64,000 bases of DNA, from positions 124,001 to 188,000 of IMG/VR virus record IMGVR_UViG_3300017917_000952, one strand, 5' to 3'. The notes under the pieces are model-generated. The model searched no databases. It saw only the letters and a list, made by a program, of their open reading frames with translations, and was not told where the DNA came from. The first letter of the stretch is position 1; every line of letters starts with the position of its first letter. This document shows positions 6,606 to 16,432 of the stretch, piece by piece. Position numbers and translations under genes: made by a program.

Positions 6606-8894
6606 ATGGCAGACGAAGTAATTAGTGGTGGTCAACAGATAGCATCTGAAGCAACTTTACAGGCATTATTAAATGCCGTCAGTGGGTCGAGCGGTGCCAG
6701 CGCCGCCATGCAGGTACAAAAACTAGCCAATGCCTCCGGGGTAGCAGGTAAACAAGTTCAAGACTTTGGTGCAAACCTTGGAAATATTGTAGGTGCTGCA
6801 CAAAACTTAACTGGCGCATTTATACAGGGCACTGCAACATCTAGTCAGATGTTCGGTGCAATGGGCTCATTACCTGGCCCTATTGGATTAGTGTTCAAAG
6901 GTCTAAGTGCCCTTGCAGGATTCCAAGAACAGGCTATGGAATCTTATCGAACAATGTCGGGCGCCGGCGTTAGTTTTAGCGGTAGCCTATCCGATATGCG
7001 TGTAGCCGCTGCCCAAACTCACATGACGTTGCAACAGTTTGCGAACTTCATGAAAGTAAACGGAGAATCTCTTGCACGTCTAGGTGGCTCAACAAATGAC
7101 GGTGCAAAAGCATTTAGAATGTTAAGTGCAGAACTAATGTCAAGCCCTGCAGGTGTTAATTTAAAAGCATTGGGTTATACAACCGAAGAAGTTAACCAAG
7201 GCATGATGGATTATATCCAAATGACCGGCGGTAGAAGTCAAGAAGAGTTAAAAAATTCTAAGGCTTTACTTGCAAGTTCAACAGAGTACTTAACACAGTT
7301 AGACGGTCTTTCACAGTTAACGGGTAAATCGAGACAAGAACAAGAAAAGGCCTTAAAAGAAGCACAGCAAAATGCCGCGATTCAGCAGAAATTAGCAGGC
7401 ATGGATGAGAATCAAAAAGCGGCATACACTCGAGGCCTTGCTGAAATGAATGCTAAATTTGGCAAAGCAGGCGTAGAACTGTATCAAGCTCAGATGTTAG
7501 GTATTCCTCCACAAACAGAAGCCGCCCGTAACTTAGCAGCACTATCGCCTGAAGTTGCAAGAGCAAGTAAGGGAATGGCTGATGTAGCAAATCGAGGCGG
7601 CACGGCTGCTGAAACATTAAGATACTCTGCACAGGCTACACAGGGAGCAGTTGAAGCAAGTAAGAAATTCGGCGACGGTGTTAAGGCTGCGATGAGTTTT
7701 AGAACAGACGGTGCAGCACAAGCAATCAATTCTCTAGGTATGGCAGCGGTGCAGGCCGAAAAACAAGGTCGACAAACAACTGCTCAAGAATTAGAACTTC
7801 GCGAAAAAATTGCTAGAGAACAAAAGGCTCGTCAAGAATCGGAAGCAAAACAATTAATGGTTGCTGAACAGAACATTAAGTCGTTTAGTGTTGCCCTGTT
7901 AAGTTTTGTACAACCATTTGTAGCATTCTTAACTCCGATTATTGAAAAATTAAGTTTCTTAGCACCAGTTATCGGAACTGTTGCAGCGGCACTGGTAGCA
8001 TTGAAGGTAGCGGCAATGACCGTTGCTTCCGTAAGAACACTAAAGTCAACCGTCGGCGGCATGGTGGACACTATTACTGGTCGTGGAGGTCCTGGCGCAA
8101 ATGTTCCTAAAGGTCCAGTACCTACGCCTCCAGTACCATCTGCACCTGGCGGCGGCGCCGCAGGTAGCGGATTTGTTGGGTTTATTAAATCATTAGGTAG
8201 AGGTCTAGCAAGTCTAGCACCTATTGCTGTGCCTATGATTATTGGTGCCAGTGCTGTTGCAGCAACTATAGCAATAGTAGGCGTTGGCGTGGCGGCAGCA
8301 ATCGCAGTTATTGGAGTAAGTTTACCTATATTTGCAAAAGGCCTTGGTGAAATATCAAAAATTGACGGATTGAATCTAGCAAAGGTAGCACTAGGTATTG
8401 CGGCATTGGGCCCTGCTCTTGTGTTATTCACTGGGGGCAGTATTATTGCAGGACTCGGTGCAGTAGGTACAAAAATTACTAATTTCTTCTCAGGTGGTGG
8501 ACCGATTGCACAGATCAAAGAAGCCATTACTGAATTAAGTCCTTTATTACCTCAAATGCAAGGCTTAGGCCCTGCACTAAACAACTACGCTAGCGGTATT
8601 GTAGCGTTTGGTAAAGCAGTTAGTACTGTTGATATTGCTAAAGCAGAACGACTAAAAGAAGTAATGAAAGGACCAGGAGTTCTAGAAGGTATCGGTTCAG
8701 CAATCAAGGATGTTGGTGCTGCAACTGCGAAACTCGTTTCTGGACAGAGCGGAGGGCAAGAAAAAAGCAATTCAGAGCTTGCAGCCTTAAATAATGTTAT
8801 GAAAGAATTAGTAAAGTATTCTCGTGAAATTTCCGATTATACTAAACAAACGGTTGAAGCAACCAAAAAATTAAACGGAAATCACTTCGGATAA
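6606..8894 (+). CDS. Tape-measure-like protein (762 aa)
   Basis: Long Ala/Gly/Gln-rich helical sequence with hydrophobic amphipathic C-terminal segments; adjacent to chaperone pair; no catalytic motif. Confidence 0.65.
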   Translation: MADEVISGGQQIASEATLQALLNAVSGSSGASAAMQVQKLANASGVAGKQVQDFGANLGNIVGAAQNLTGAFIQGTATSSQMFGAMGSLPGPIGLVFKGLSALAGFQEQAMESYRTMSGAGVSFSGSLSDMRVAAAQTHMTLQQFANFMKVNGESLARLGGSTNDGAKAFRMLSAELMSSPAGVNLKALGYTTEEVNQGMMDYIQMTGGRSQEELKNSKALLASSTEYLTQLDGLSQLTGKSRQEQEKALKEAQQNAAIQQKLAGMDENQKAAYTRGLAEMNAKFGKAGVELYQAQMLGIPPQTEAARNLAALSPEVARASKGMADVANRGGTAAETLRYSAQATQGAVEASKKFGDGVKAAMSFRTDGAAQAINSLGMAAVQAEKQGRQTTAQELELREKIAREQKARQESEAKQLMVAEQNIKSFSVALLSFVQPFVAFLTPIIEKLSFLAPVIGTVAAALVALKVAAMTVASVRTLKSTVGGMVDTITGRGGPGANVPKGPVPTPPVPSAPGGGAAGSGFVGFIKSLGRGLASLAPIAVPMIIGASAVAATIAIVGVGVAAAIAVIGVSLPIFAKGLGEISKIDGLNLAKVALGIAALGPALVLFTGGSIIAGLGAVGTKITNFFSGGGPIAQIKEAITELSPLLPQMQGLGPALNNYASGIVAFGKAVSTVDIAKAERLKEVMKGPGVLEGIGSAIKDVGAATAKLVSGQSGGQEKSNSELAALNNVMKELVKYSREISDYTKQTVEATKKLNGNHFG

Positions 8895-8898
8895 GATT

Positions 8899-10632
8899 AT
8901 GTCTTGGAAAAAATATTTTACACCCGTTGACACAAGTGGTAAACTTAGCCCTATTAGCGGTGCTATGAATATGGGGTCGGGTGCAAATCCTAGCCGTTCA
9001 AACTATTCTAGTTACTTACCCGACATTTACGCTGGACATCCTAACCGTCTAGAGCGTTATGGTCAATATGATACTATGGATACAGACAGCGAAGTTAACG
9101 CTGCCTTTGATATTCTTGCAGAATTCTGCACACAGGCCAATGAAGAAAACGGAACCCCGTTCCAAATTTTCTTCAAAGATCAAGCAACACAAACTGAAAT
9201 CAAGATCATTAAGAAGTATCTACAACAATGGACACGAATGAACAAGTTTCAAATTCGTATGTTCAAAATTGTTCGGAATGCATTTAAGTATGGTGACAGT
9301 TTCTTTGTCCGAGATCCGGAAACACAGAAGTGGTTGTATATTGATCCAGCAAAAGTAGATAAAATTATTGTTAATGAAAGTGAAGGCAAAAAGCCTGAAC
9401 AGTATTTCATTAGAGATTTTAATCCTAACTTAGAAGCACTGGCAACAACTGCGATTCAGCCAACAAACGTACATGGCGGCGGAAGCCAGTTCGGCGGAGC
9501 ATATAACTCTGGTCTAGGCGGCGCAGGTGGTAGCAGGGGTATGACTGGTAGTTATCCTACTGGCGCATCTGGTACAAGATTCAGTGAAAATCAAAATCAA
9601 TATGCTATTGATGCACGACATGTCATTCATATTAGCATGAGCGAAGGTTTAGACAACAATTTCCCATTTGGAAATAGTCTAATGGAAAGTATCTTTAAAG
9701 TTTTTAAACAAAAAGAACTATTAGAAGATGCTATCTTAATCTATAGAATACAACGTGCTCCTGAGCGCAGAGTATTTTATATTGACGTCGGTAATATGCC
9801 AAGCCACTTGGCTATGAGTTTTGTTGAGCGTGTAAAAAACGAAGTTAATCAACGCAGAATTCCTAGCGTAACAGGTGGAGCCCAGAGCGTCGTAGATGCT
9901 GCATATAACCCATTAAGCATTAACGAAGATTATTTCTTCCCACAAACCGCAGAAGGTCGAGGTAGTAAGGTTGAAATTCTGCAAGGCGGACAAAATCTAG
10001 GAGAGATCGATGATCTTAGATATTTTACTAATAAGTTGTTTCGTGCTTTACGCATACCTAGCAGTTATCTACCTACCGGCTCTGACGACGGAGGATCTAA
10101 CTTCAATGATGGTAGAGTTGGAACAGCCTACATTCAAGAACTTAGATTCAACAAATACTGCGAACGACTACAAAGTCTCCTAAACGAACCGTTCGATACT
10201 GAATTTAAGATGTATCTACATACCCAAGGTATTAATGTAGATAACAATGTTTTTGAAATTAAATTCAATCCTCCGCAAAATTTTGCCGCATATCGACAGG
10301 CAGAAATGGATACTGCTCGTGTTAATACATTTAATACCATGGTTGCAGTCCCGTTTGTAAGCAAGAGATTTGCTATGAAGCGTTTCTTAGGTATGACTAC
10401 AGAAGAAGTTGCAGAAAACGAACGTCTATGGCGCGAAGAAAACATTGATGAAGATCAATATCTAAGCGCAAGTAGTGAACTTCGAGGTGCTGGAATCACA
10501 GCAAACGGTATAGCATCTGACACATCAACGCTAAGTGGTGCAGCAACACCACCGCCCGAAGCAGTAGAAACACCTGCAGAAGGCGGAGCAGCCGCTCCTG
10601 CGGCCGGCGCAACACCACCGCCAGCGGCATAA
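8899..10632 (+). CDS. gp20: Portal vertex protein
   Basis: LLEDAILIYRIQRAPERRVFYIDVGNMP...YFFPQTAEGRGSKVEILQGGQNLGEIDDLRYF, hallmark of T4-like portals. Confidence 0.95.
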   Translation: MSWKKYFTPVDTSGKLSPISGAMNMGSGANPSRSNYSSYLPDIYAGHPNRLERYGQYDTMDTDSEVNAAFDILAEFCTQANEENGTPFQIFFKDQATQTEIKIIKKYLQQWTRMNKFQIRMFKIVRNAFKYGDSFFVRDPETQKWLYIDPAKVDKIIVNESEGKKPEQYFIRDFNPNLEALATTAIQPTNVHGGGSQFGGAYNSGLGGAGGSRGMTGSYPTGASGTRFSENQNQYAIDARHVIHISMSEGLDNNFPFGNSLMESIFKVFKQKELLEDAILIYRIQRAPERRVFYIDVGNMPSHLAMSFVERVKNEVNQRRIPSVTGGAQSVVDAAYNPLSINEDYFFPQTAEGRGSKVEILQGGQNLGEIDDLRYFTNKLFRALRIPSSYLPTGSDDGGSNFNDGRVGTAYIQELRFNKYCERLQSLLNEPFDTEFKMYLHTQGINVDNNVFEIKFNPPQNFAAYRQAEMDTARVNTFNTMVAVPFVSKRFAMKRFLGMTTEEVAENERLWREENIDEDQYLSASSELRGAGITANGIASDTSTLSGAATPPPEAVETPAEGGAAAPAAGATPPPAA

Positions 10633-10640
10633 ATATTCAT

Positions 10641-10889
10641 ATGATACTAAGAGAATTCATATACTTTGATCGCGATCATGCTGATCCTCAAAAGGACAAT
10701 AGGTACATTAGTAAAAATGATACCAGTGTTCTTAAGAGTTCTGACCTACGTAAAACTCGTTTAACACTAAAAATGATTAACGAAATACGCAGAGCAGCCG
10801 AAGCACACGATAAAGAAAAGCGTGAAGAATTAGGCTTGGTACGAAAAATGTACGCTGCACCACCGCCTGAAGCGGCCGCAGCAGCATAA
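10641..10889 (+). CDS. Small head-module hypothetical protein (82 aa)
   Basis: Between portal and core genes, own TAAATA 5 nt upstream. Confidence 0.65.
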   Translation: MILREFIYFDRDHADPQKDNRYISKNDTSVLKSSDLRKTRLTLKMINEIRRAAEAHDKEKREELGLVRKMYAAPPPEAAAAA

Positions 10890-10976
10890 AAATTGTCAAA
10901 ACCAGAAGAAATTCTGCGTCTGCACGGTCAAAAAGGTTCATTTTTGGCCTATTTCAAGCCGATATATTAACTGTGC

Positions 10977-10984
10977 TGTAAATA
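10977..10984 (+). promoter_or_regulatory. Late promoter-like TGTAAATA
   Basis: TAAATA core 40 nt upstream of ATG 11025, with AGGAG SD in between. Confidence 0.65.
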
Positions 10985-11024
10985 CATCAAGCCTTGCCGC
11001 TACCCTATTAGGAGAATTAAAAAC

Positions 11025-12071
11025 ATGTCTACAAAATTTGAACAATTGCTAGACTTATTAATCAACGAAGAACACGATAAAGCTCAAGAGCTTTTCCATG
11101 AAATCGTTGTTGAAAAGTCTCGTGAAATTTATGAAAACCTTATCGCCGAAGAAGAAGATGAGGAAATGGATGAAGCAGCCGACGACGAAGAAATGGACGA
11201 GTCTGCTGATGACGAAGAATTAGATGAATCTGCAGATGACGAAGAAATGGACGAGTCTGCTGATGACGAAGAATTAGATGAAGCCGAAGACGAAGAAGCC
11301 GACGAAAGTATGGATCTAGAAGATTCTTACATGATGGACGGCGACGACGAAATGGGCGGAGATGCCACAGACGACCTAGGCGGTGACATTGGTGCCGACA
11401 TGGGCGACGAAGAAGGTGGCGAAGGTTCTGAAGATCAAGCAATTTTTGATATCAAGAACGCCATTGAAGAACTAGAAGCCGCGTTTGCTCAACTAGAAAA
11501 AGCACAAGGTGGTGAAATGGATGCTGACTTCGGTGACGAAGAAGGCGGTGACGATATGGGCGACGAAGAGCCTGCAAAGATGGGCTTCCAAGAAGGTCGT
11601 CGTATTACACGCGAGTACACTGAAAAAGTTGGTAACGACTGGGAAAAGAACAGCCAGAAGACTCCAGGCCCAGTAGGTTCTGGTAAAGGTGAACTAGCAG
11701 GTCAAACTAGTGTTTCCGACACAAAGAGCCCAATTAGCTCTGGTAAGGGCAAGCCATCTACTGGCGCAACTGCTCATAACATCCTTGGCGATGCTAAAAC
11801 AGGTCAAGGTAAGAACACAGGCGATCGTCCTGACAGCCTAAACAAAGGTATCGCTCAAGTAAGCGGCGAGAAGTTTGCTAAGGGCATTCATAACGTTGAC
11901 GGTGCTAAGTCTGGTGTTAAGACACTAAGCAAAGTTGCTGGTGGTCACGGTGCTGAGAAGAAAGGTTCTGGTCCGGGCCCAGTAGGTGCTGGAACAGGCG
12001 ACAAAGCAGGTCAGACCAACGTTCACAACACACCTAGCCCGCTAAACGGTGCACCTAACCGTAACGCTTAA
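11025..12071 (+). CDS. Acidic prohead core protein (positional analogue of T4 gp67/gp68)
   Basis: Very Asp/Glu-rich N-half, Gly/Lys-rich C-half, located between portal and protease. Confidence 0.65.
   Translation: MSTKFEQLLDLLINEEHDKAQELFHEIVVEKSREIYENLIAEEEDEEMDEAADDEEMDESADDEELDESADDEEMDESADDEELDEAEDEEADESMDLEDSYMMDGDDEMGGDATDDLGGDIGADMGDEEGGEGSEDQAIFDIKNAIEELEAAFAQLEKAQGGEMDADFGDEEGGDDMGDEEPAKMGFQEGRRITREYTEKVGNDWEKNSQKTPGPVGSGKGELAGQTSVSDTKSPISSGKGKPSTGATAHNILGDAKTGQGKNTGDRPDSLNKGIAQVSGEKFAKGIHNVDGAKSGVKTLSKVAGGHGAEKKGSGPGPVGAGTGDKAGQTNVHNTPSPLNGAPNRNA
11181..11285 (+). repeat. 27-nt tandem repeat x4 with 54-nt higher-order period (DDEEMDESA/DDEELDESA)
   Basis: Units at 11181, 11208, 11235, 11262; units 1/3 and 2/4 near identical. 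Confidence 0.9.
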
Positions 12072-12084
12072 TTAGAGAACCTGG

Positions 12085-12717
12085 ATGAAACAGATTTCTT
12101 ACTTACGCGAACATTTAAGTTTTGATCAGGCTCAAGCGGTGCTTGAGTCTGACGACAAGGATGGTAAGAACCTTTATCTAAAGGGTATTGCTATTCAGGG
12201 TGGTATTCGCAACGCTAATCAGCGTGTCTATCCTGTAGACGAAATTGAACGTGCTGTGAAAACACTTAATGATCAAATTCAAAACGGATATAGCGTATTA
12301 GGAGAAGTCGACCATCCTGATGATTTAAAAGTTAATTTGGATCGTGTATCCCATATGATTACTCAGATGTGGATGGAGGGTCCAAATGGCTATGGAAAGA
12401 TGAAAATCCTTCCTACGCCAATGGGAAACTTAGTCCGCACCATGCTTGAAAGCGGTGTAAAACTTGGTGTTAGTTCTCGTGGTAGTGGCAATGTCAACGA
12501 CATGAACGGCCATGTATCCGATTTCGAGATTATCACGGTGGACATAGTAGCTCAACCCAGCGCACCTGGTGCCTATCCTACTCCTGTGTATGAACATTTA
12601 ATGAACACACGCGGGGGTATGAAGGCATACAGGGTCGCTACCGAAGTAAAAGAAGATCCAAAGGCCCAGAAATATCTTCAAGAAGCACTCTTGAATGTTA
12701 TTAAAGGTCTGAAATAA
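12085..12717 (+). CDS. gp21: Prohead protease
   Basis: NANQRVYP, LGEVDHP (His), GVSSRGSG (Ser), DIVAQPSAPGA motifs. Confidence 0.95.
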   Translation: MKQISYLREHLSFDQAQAVLESDDKDGKNLYLKGIAIQGGIRNANQRVYPVDEIERAVKTLNDQIQNGYSVLGEVDHPDDLKVNLDRVSHMITQMWMEGPNGYGKMKILPTPMGNLVRTMLESGVKLGVSSRGSGNVNDMNGHVSDFEIITVDIVAQPSAPGAYPTPVYEHLMNTRGGMKAYRVATEVKEDPKAQKYLQEALLNVIKGLK

Positions 12718-12735
12718 GCCCGAGGAGAAAAATAA

Positions 12736-13824
12736 ATGGACGCATTCAAACAGTTAGTTGAGTCCGGCGTGATGACAGAGGAGACACGTACAGTTGTCGA
12801 GGCTGCTCTTGCTGCTAAGATTCAAGAAACTCGCGAACTTGTGACCGCTGAACTTCGTGAAGAATTTGCACAAAAATATCAACATGATAAAAGCATGATG
12901 GTTGAAGCAATCGACAAGATGTTAAGCGACCGCTTGACCGCAGAGATGTCCGAATTGTATGCTGACAAAAAATCTCTAGCAGAAGCAAAAGCACGTTATA
13001 CACAACGTATTAGTGAAGATGCTAAGAAGTTAGAGGGATTTGTTATCAATCAACTAGGCAGAGAGTTAGTTGAGTTCCAGGGCGATCGTAAGAAAGTCGC
13101 TGAGAACTTCCAAAAGTTAGAGCAATTTGTAGTACACGCTCTAGCAAAAGAAATCCAAGAATTTGCTACTGATAAGAAAGATCTAGCCGAAACCAAAGTT
13201 AAGTTAGTTCGTGAAGCAAAGAGCAAGTTTGAAGATATCAAGCAAAACTTCATTAAACACGCCGCTAAGGTTGTTGAAAGTACAGTCACTAACAAGTTGA
13301 CATCTGAAATCAAGCAATTGAAAGAAGACATCGACGGTGCCCGTAACAACGATTTTGGTCGCAGAATTTATGAAGCATTTGCACAAGAGTTTGCCGGTTC
13401 CTATCTAAATGAAAAATCCGAAACAAGTAAATTGTTAAAGATTATTCAGAAGAAAGACCAAGAACTTGCAGAAGCACAACAGGTCGTAGCAGAAAAGGCG
13501 AATCTAGTAGAATCTGTACAACGTGAAATTCGTATTACAAAAGATCTAATGGAACGCAAACAAGTTATGGCTGAGTTGCTAGCACCTTTAAGTGCTGACA
13601 AGAGAGAGGTTATGAAAGAACTTCTAGAGTCTACCCCGACTCAGAAACTTACAGAATCTTTTGACAAATACCTACCAGCAGTTATGGAAGGCCAGAAGAA
13701 GGCTCCTGCCAAAAAAGCAGCAGTCCTCACTGAAGGTGCAGAAGTAACAGGAAATAGAGAAATTAAGCCAGAGGTAGGCTTAGATAACATCTTAGATATC
13801 CGCAAGTTAGCGGGTCTAAAATAA
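12736..13824 (+). CDS. gp22: Prohead core scaffolding protein
   Basis: Coiled-coil Glu/Lys-rich protein between protease and capsid genes. Confidence 0.85.
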   Translation: MDAFKQLVESGVMTEETRTVVEAALAAKIQETRELVTAELREEFAQKYQHDKSMMVEAIDKMLSDRLTAEMSELYADKKSLAEAKARYTQRISEDAKKLEGFVINQLGRELVEFQGDRKKVAENFQKLEQFVVHALAKEIQEFATDKKDLAETKVKLVREAKSKFEDIKQNFIKHAAKVVESTVTNKLTSEIKQLKEDIDGARNNDFGRRIYEAFAQEFAGSYLNEKSETSKLLKIIQKKDQELAEAQQVVAEKANLVESVQREIRITKDLMERKQVMAELLAPLSADKREVMKELLESTPTQKLTESFDKYLPAVMEGQKKAPAKKAAVLTEGAEVTGNREIKPEVGLDNILDIRKLAGLK

Positions 13825-13847
13825 AAATATTCAAGGAGACAACGGAA

Positions 13848-15035
13848 ATGTCACAATTATTAAATGAAAGATGGTCCGAAACCAAGGACGCTCTGCTTGA
13901 AGGCCTACAAGGTACCCGTCGTTCTTCTATGGCAGTTTGCTTAGAGAACACACGTAAGTACTTGGCTGAAAGCGCAACTTCTGGCGCAACAAGTGCTGGA
14001 AATATCGCAACTCTAAACCGCGTTATTCTTCCAGTAATTCGTCGCGTTATGCCAACTGTTATTGCTAACGAAATCATCGGCGTTCAGCCTATGACCGGTC
14101 CAGTTGGTCAGATCCATACCCTACGTGTTCGTTATGCTGACTCTTCTAACGAAGTTACAGCAGGCGAAGAGGCACTAAGCCCATTCAAGATCGCTCAAGC
14201 GTATTCTGGTAACGACAATGCATCCACACCACGTGCGGCTGCTACTTCTACTCTAGAAGGTACACCAGGCAAGCGTATGAGCATTCAAATCTTGAAGGCA
14301 CCAGTCGAAGCCAAGAGCCGCAAACTAAGCGCTCGTTGGACATTCGAAGCCGCTCAAGACGCACAAGCACAACAAGGTATCGATATCGAAGCAGAAATCA
14401 TGGCTGCTCTAGCACAAGAAATTACTGCTGAAATCGACCAAGAAATCCTAGCAAGCCTACGTGGTCTAGCAAGTGTTGAAGAAACATATGACCAGGCTCT
14501 AGTATCCGGTACTGCTACATTCGTTGGTGACGAACATGCTGCTCTAGCAATTCAGATCAACCGTGTTGCAAACTTGATCGCTCAGCGTACACGTCGTGGT
14601 GCTGCTAACTGGGCAGTTGTATCTAACCAGGCTCTAACAATCCTTCAGTCTGCTACAACTAGCGCATTTGCACGTACTACAGAAGGTACATTCGAAGCAC
14701 CTACAAACACCAAGTTTGTTGGTACACTAAACGGTTCTATGCGTATCTATGTTGACGCATATCTACCAGACAGCGGTAGCCAGTCTATCGAAGACAACCA
14801 AGTTCTAGTTGGTTATAAGGGTTCTAGCGAAGCAGACGCTGCTGCGTTCTACTGCCCTTACATTCCTCTAATGAGCTCTGGTGTTGTTCTAGACCCAGCA
14901 ACATTCGAGCCAGTAGTTGGCTTCCTAACACGTTACGGCTATGTTGAGTTAACAAACACAGCATCCAGCCTTGGTAACGCTGCTGACTACCTAGGTAAGG
15001 TAAGCATCAACTCTACAAACACAAGTTTCAAGTAA
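13848..15035 (+). CDS. gp23: Major capsid protein
   Basis: LPVIRRVMPTVIANEIIGVQPMTGPVGQI, SRKLSARWTFEAAQD, FYCPYIPL, TRYG motifs; strong AAGGAG SD. Confidence 0.97.
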   Translation: MSQLLNERWSETKDALLEGLQGTRRSSMAVCLENTRKYLAESATSGATSAGNIATLNRVILPVIRRVMPTVIANEIIGVQPMTGPVGQIHTLRVRYADSSNEVTAGEEALSPFKIAQAYSGNDNASTPRAAATSTLEGTPGKRMSIQILKAPVEAKSRKLSARWTFEAAQDAQAQQGIDIEAEIMAALAQEITAEIDQEILASLRGLASVEETYDQALVSGTATFVGDEHAALAIQINRVANLIAQRTRRGAANWAVVSNQALTILQSATTSAFARTTEGTFEAPTNTKFVGTLNGSMRIYVDAYLPDSGSQSIEDNQVLVGYKGSSEADAAAFYCPYIPLMSSGVVLDPATFEPVVGFLTRYGYVELTNTASSLGNAADYLGKVSINSTNTSFK

Positions 15036-15065
15036 TCAACTGCTTGAATTTGAAAGAGTACAAAG

Positions 15066-15090
15066 AACCCGCGCAAGCGGGTTTTTTGTT
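15066..15090 (+). terminator. Intrinsic terminator after major capsid gene
   Basis: AACCCGC-GCAA-GCGGGTT followed by T-run; immediately followed by GTTAAATA late promoter (15088-95). Confidence 0.9.
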
Positions 15091-15108
15091 AAATACTATT
15101 CTAAGTAT

Positions 15109-15152
15109 TATGCAGTTCCATCTGCGTAGACCTAGAACGTCATATTAAGGAG
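15109..15152 (+). promoter_or_regulatory. Structured 5' leader (two hairpins with possible loop-loop pairing) abutting SD
   Basis: TATGCAG/CTGCGTA (15109-15/15122-28), GAC/GTC (15129-31/15139-41), loop TTC complementary to loop GAA; AAGGAG at 15147-52. Confidence 0.4.
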
Positions 15153-15159
15153 AAACAAA

Positions 15160-15834
15160 ATGGGACGTCCAATTAAAAAGAAATTTTTCGGTAATACAAA
15201 CATTGCCATCGACGGCGAAGGTGTAGGCGGTGAAGCAGTTGCTACTATTGCTAAAAACAATACTGGTACACTATATACAACTAGCACAACTCTAAGCCTA
15301 ACATTTACTGCACCTCAGATCGCCGGCGGTCAAACTGCATTAGGCGAAGTAACAACTAACGAATTAGGTAACGTAGCAACAGTAACATTGTTAGACGGTG
15401 GTAGTGGTTATACCAGCACACCTACTGCAACTGTAACTAGTGGCACAACAGGTACTGTAGCGACATTTACAATCAGCATGTCTACTAACCGTCAAAACGC
15501 TATTAAGTTTGATAGTTTTGTTCCCGGCGGTAGCTCTGCTGTTGGCGCAGGTGACATTATCAGACAGTCTGGTTCTAGAGCATACCTAGTTAAAAACAGC
15601 CAAGGTACTGGTATTTGCCGTTTAGTAACTTCTAGCACACTAGCAGAAGGTCAAATGAACTTAGTTGCTACAGATACAAACGGTAGCACATACTATGTTC
15701 GTAAGTTAACTGCTCGCAAGGCTGTTCTTGTACAAAGCACAGCAAGCGGAAGTTTCGTATTTGCTAACGAATCTGTTGCAGGATGGACTTTAGGTTCTCC
15801 TTCTGCAGGTTATGTAAGTATTACAAACAACTAA
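15160..15834 (+). CDS. Thr/Gly/Ser-rich virion structural protein (possible head decoration)
   Basis: Directly after capsid gene, late promoter and strong SD, beta-rich composition, GGSGYTSTPT motif. Confidence 0.6.
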   Translation: MGRPIKKKFFGNTNIAIDGEGVGGEAVATIAKNNTGTLYTTSTTLSLTFTAPQIAGGQTALGEVTTNELGNVATVTLLDGGSGYTSTPTATVTSGTTGTVATFTISMSTNRQNAIKFDSFVPGGSSAVGAGDIIRQSGSRAYLVKNSQGTGICRLVTSSTLAEGQMNLVATDTNGSTYYVRKLTARKAVLVQSTASGSFVFANESVAGWTLGSPSAGYVSITNN

Positions 15835-15852
15835 TTAGATCTAATCTAATTC

Positions 15853-15880
15853 AAAGGACTCTTCGGAGTCCTTTTTTATT
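15853..15880 (+). terminator. Intrinsic terminator with cUUCGg loop
   Basis: AAAGGACTC-TTCG-GAGTCCTTT + T-run; GGTAAATA promoter follows at 15883-90. Confidence 0.9.
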
Positions 15881-15894
15881 CTGGTAAATACAGG

Positions 15895-16401
15895 ATGAGC
15901 ACACAATGGCATTCTCCTACTCTAATAACACAGTACGCTGAAGATCCTTCACACATTGAATGGAACACCGACTTCGATACCGTGATAACCTTAAATGGCG
16001 GTCTTGCACTTTCTAAACCTTTGTTTCATATAGCTCGACAACCAAAGAATGATATTAAATCAAAGTCTTGGTTTTTAAGTGCAACAAATTTTAATTTTCA
16101 AAATCTCCCATCTATTGTAAACGGAATTTCTCTCAAAATAACTGCAACTAGACAAGGTCGTGTTACAGACGACACTGTTCAATTAGTGCATAACGGAGAA
16201 CTAATAGGAGAAAATAAGTGTTCAAGATCAGTTAACCCTGTAAATGTCTACGGCAGCGAATCAGATGCCTGGGGTGTTGAAAATTTAACAAGCATAATAC
16301 ATGATCCTTCATTTGGTATAGTAGTTAGATTTAAAAGTCATCCAGACTGGCCTCATTCTACCACTCCAATTTTAAGAGGCTTGGAACTTCAGATCTACTA
16401 A
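15895..16401 (+). CDS. Hypothetical virion-associated protein (168 aa)
   Basis: Late promoter 4 nt upstream; beta-sandwich-like composition. Confidence 0.6.
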   Translation: MSTQWHSPTLITQYAEDPSHIEWNTDFDTVITLNGGLALSKPLFHIARQPKNDIKSKSWFLSATNFNFQNLPSIVNGISLKITATRQGRVTDDTVQLVHNGELIGENKCSRSVNPVNVYGSESDAWGVENLTSIIHDPSFGIVVRFKSHPDWPHSTTPILRGLELQIY

Positions 16402-16432
16402 ACGAATAAATACCCTAAAGGAATCTAAAATA

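Noticed and set aside
15132-15138. preQ1-I riboswitch-like GTTCTAG on the minus strand
   Set aside because: Wrong strand for any downstream gene and lacks the A-rich 3' tail and 5-bp P1.
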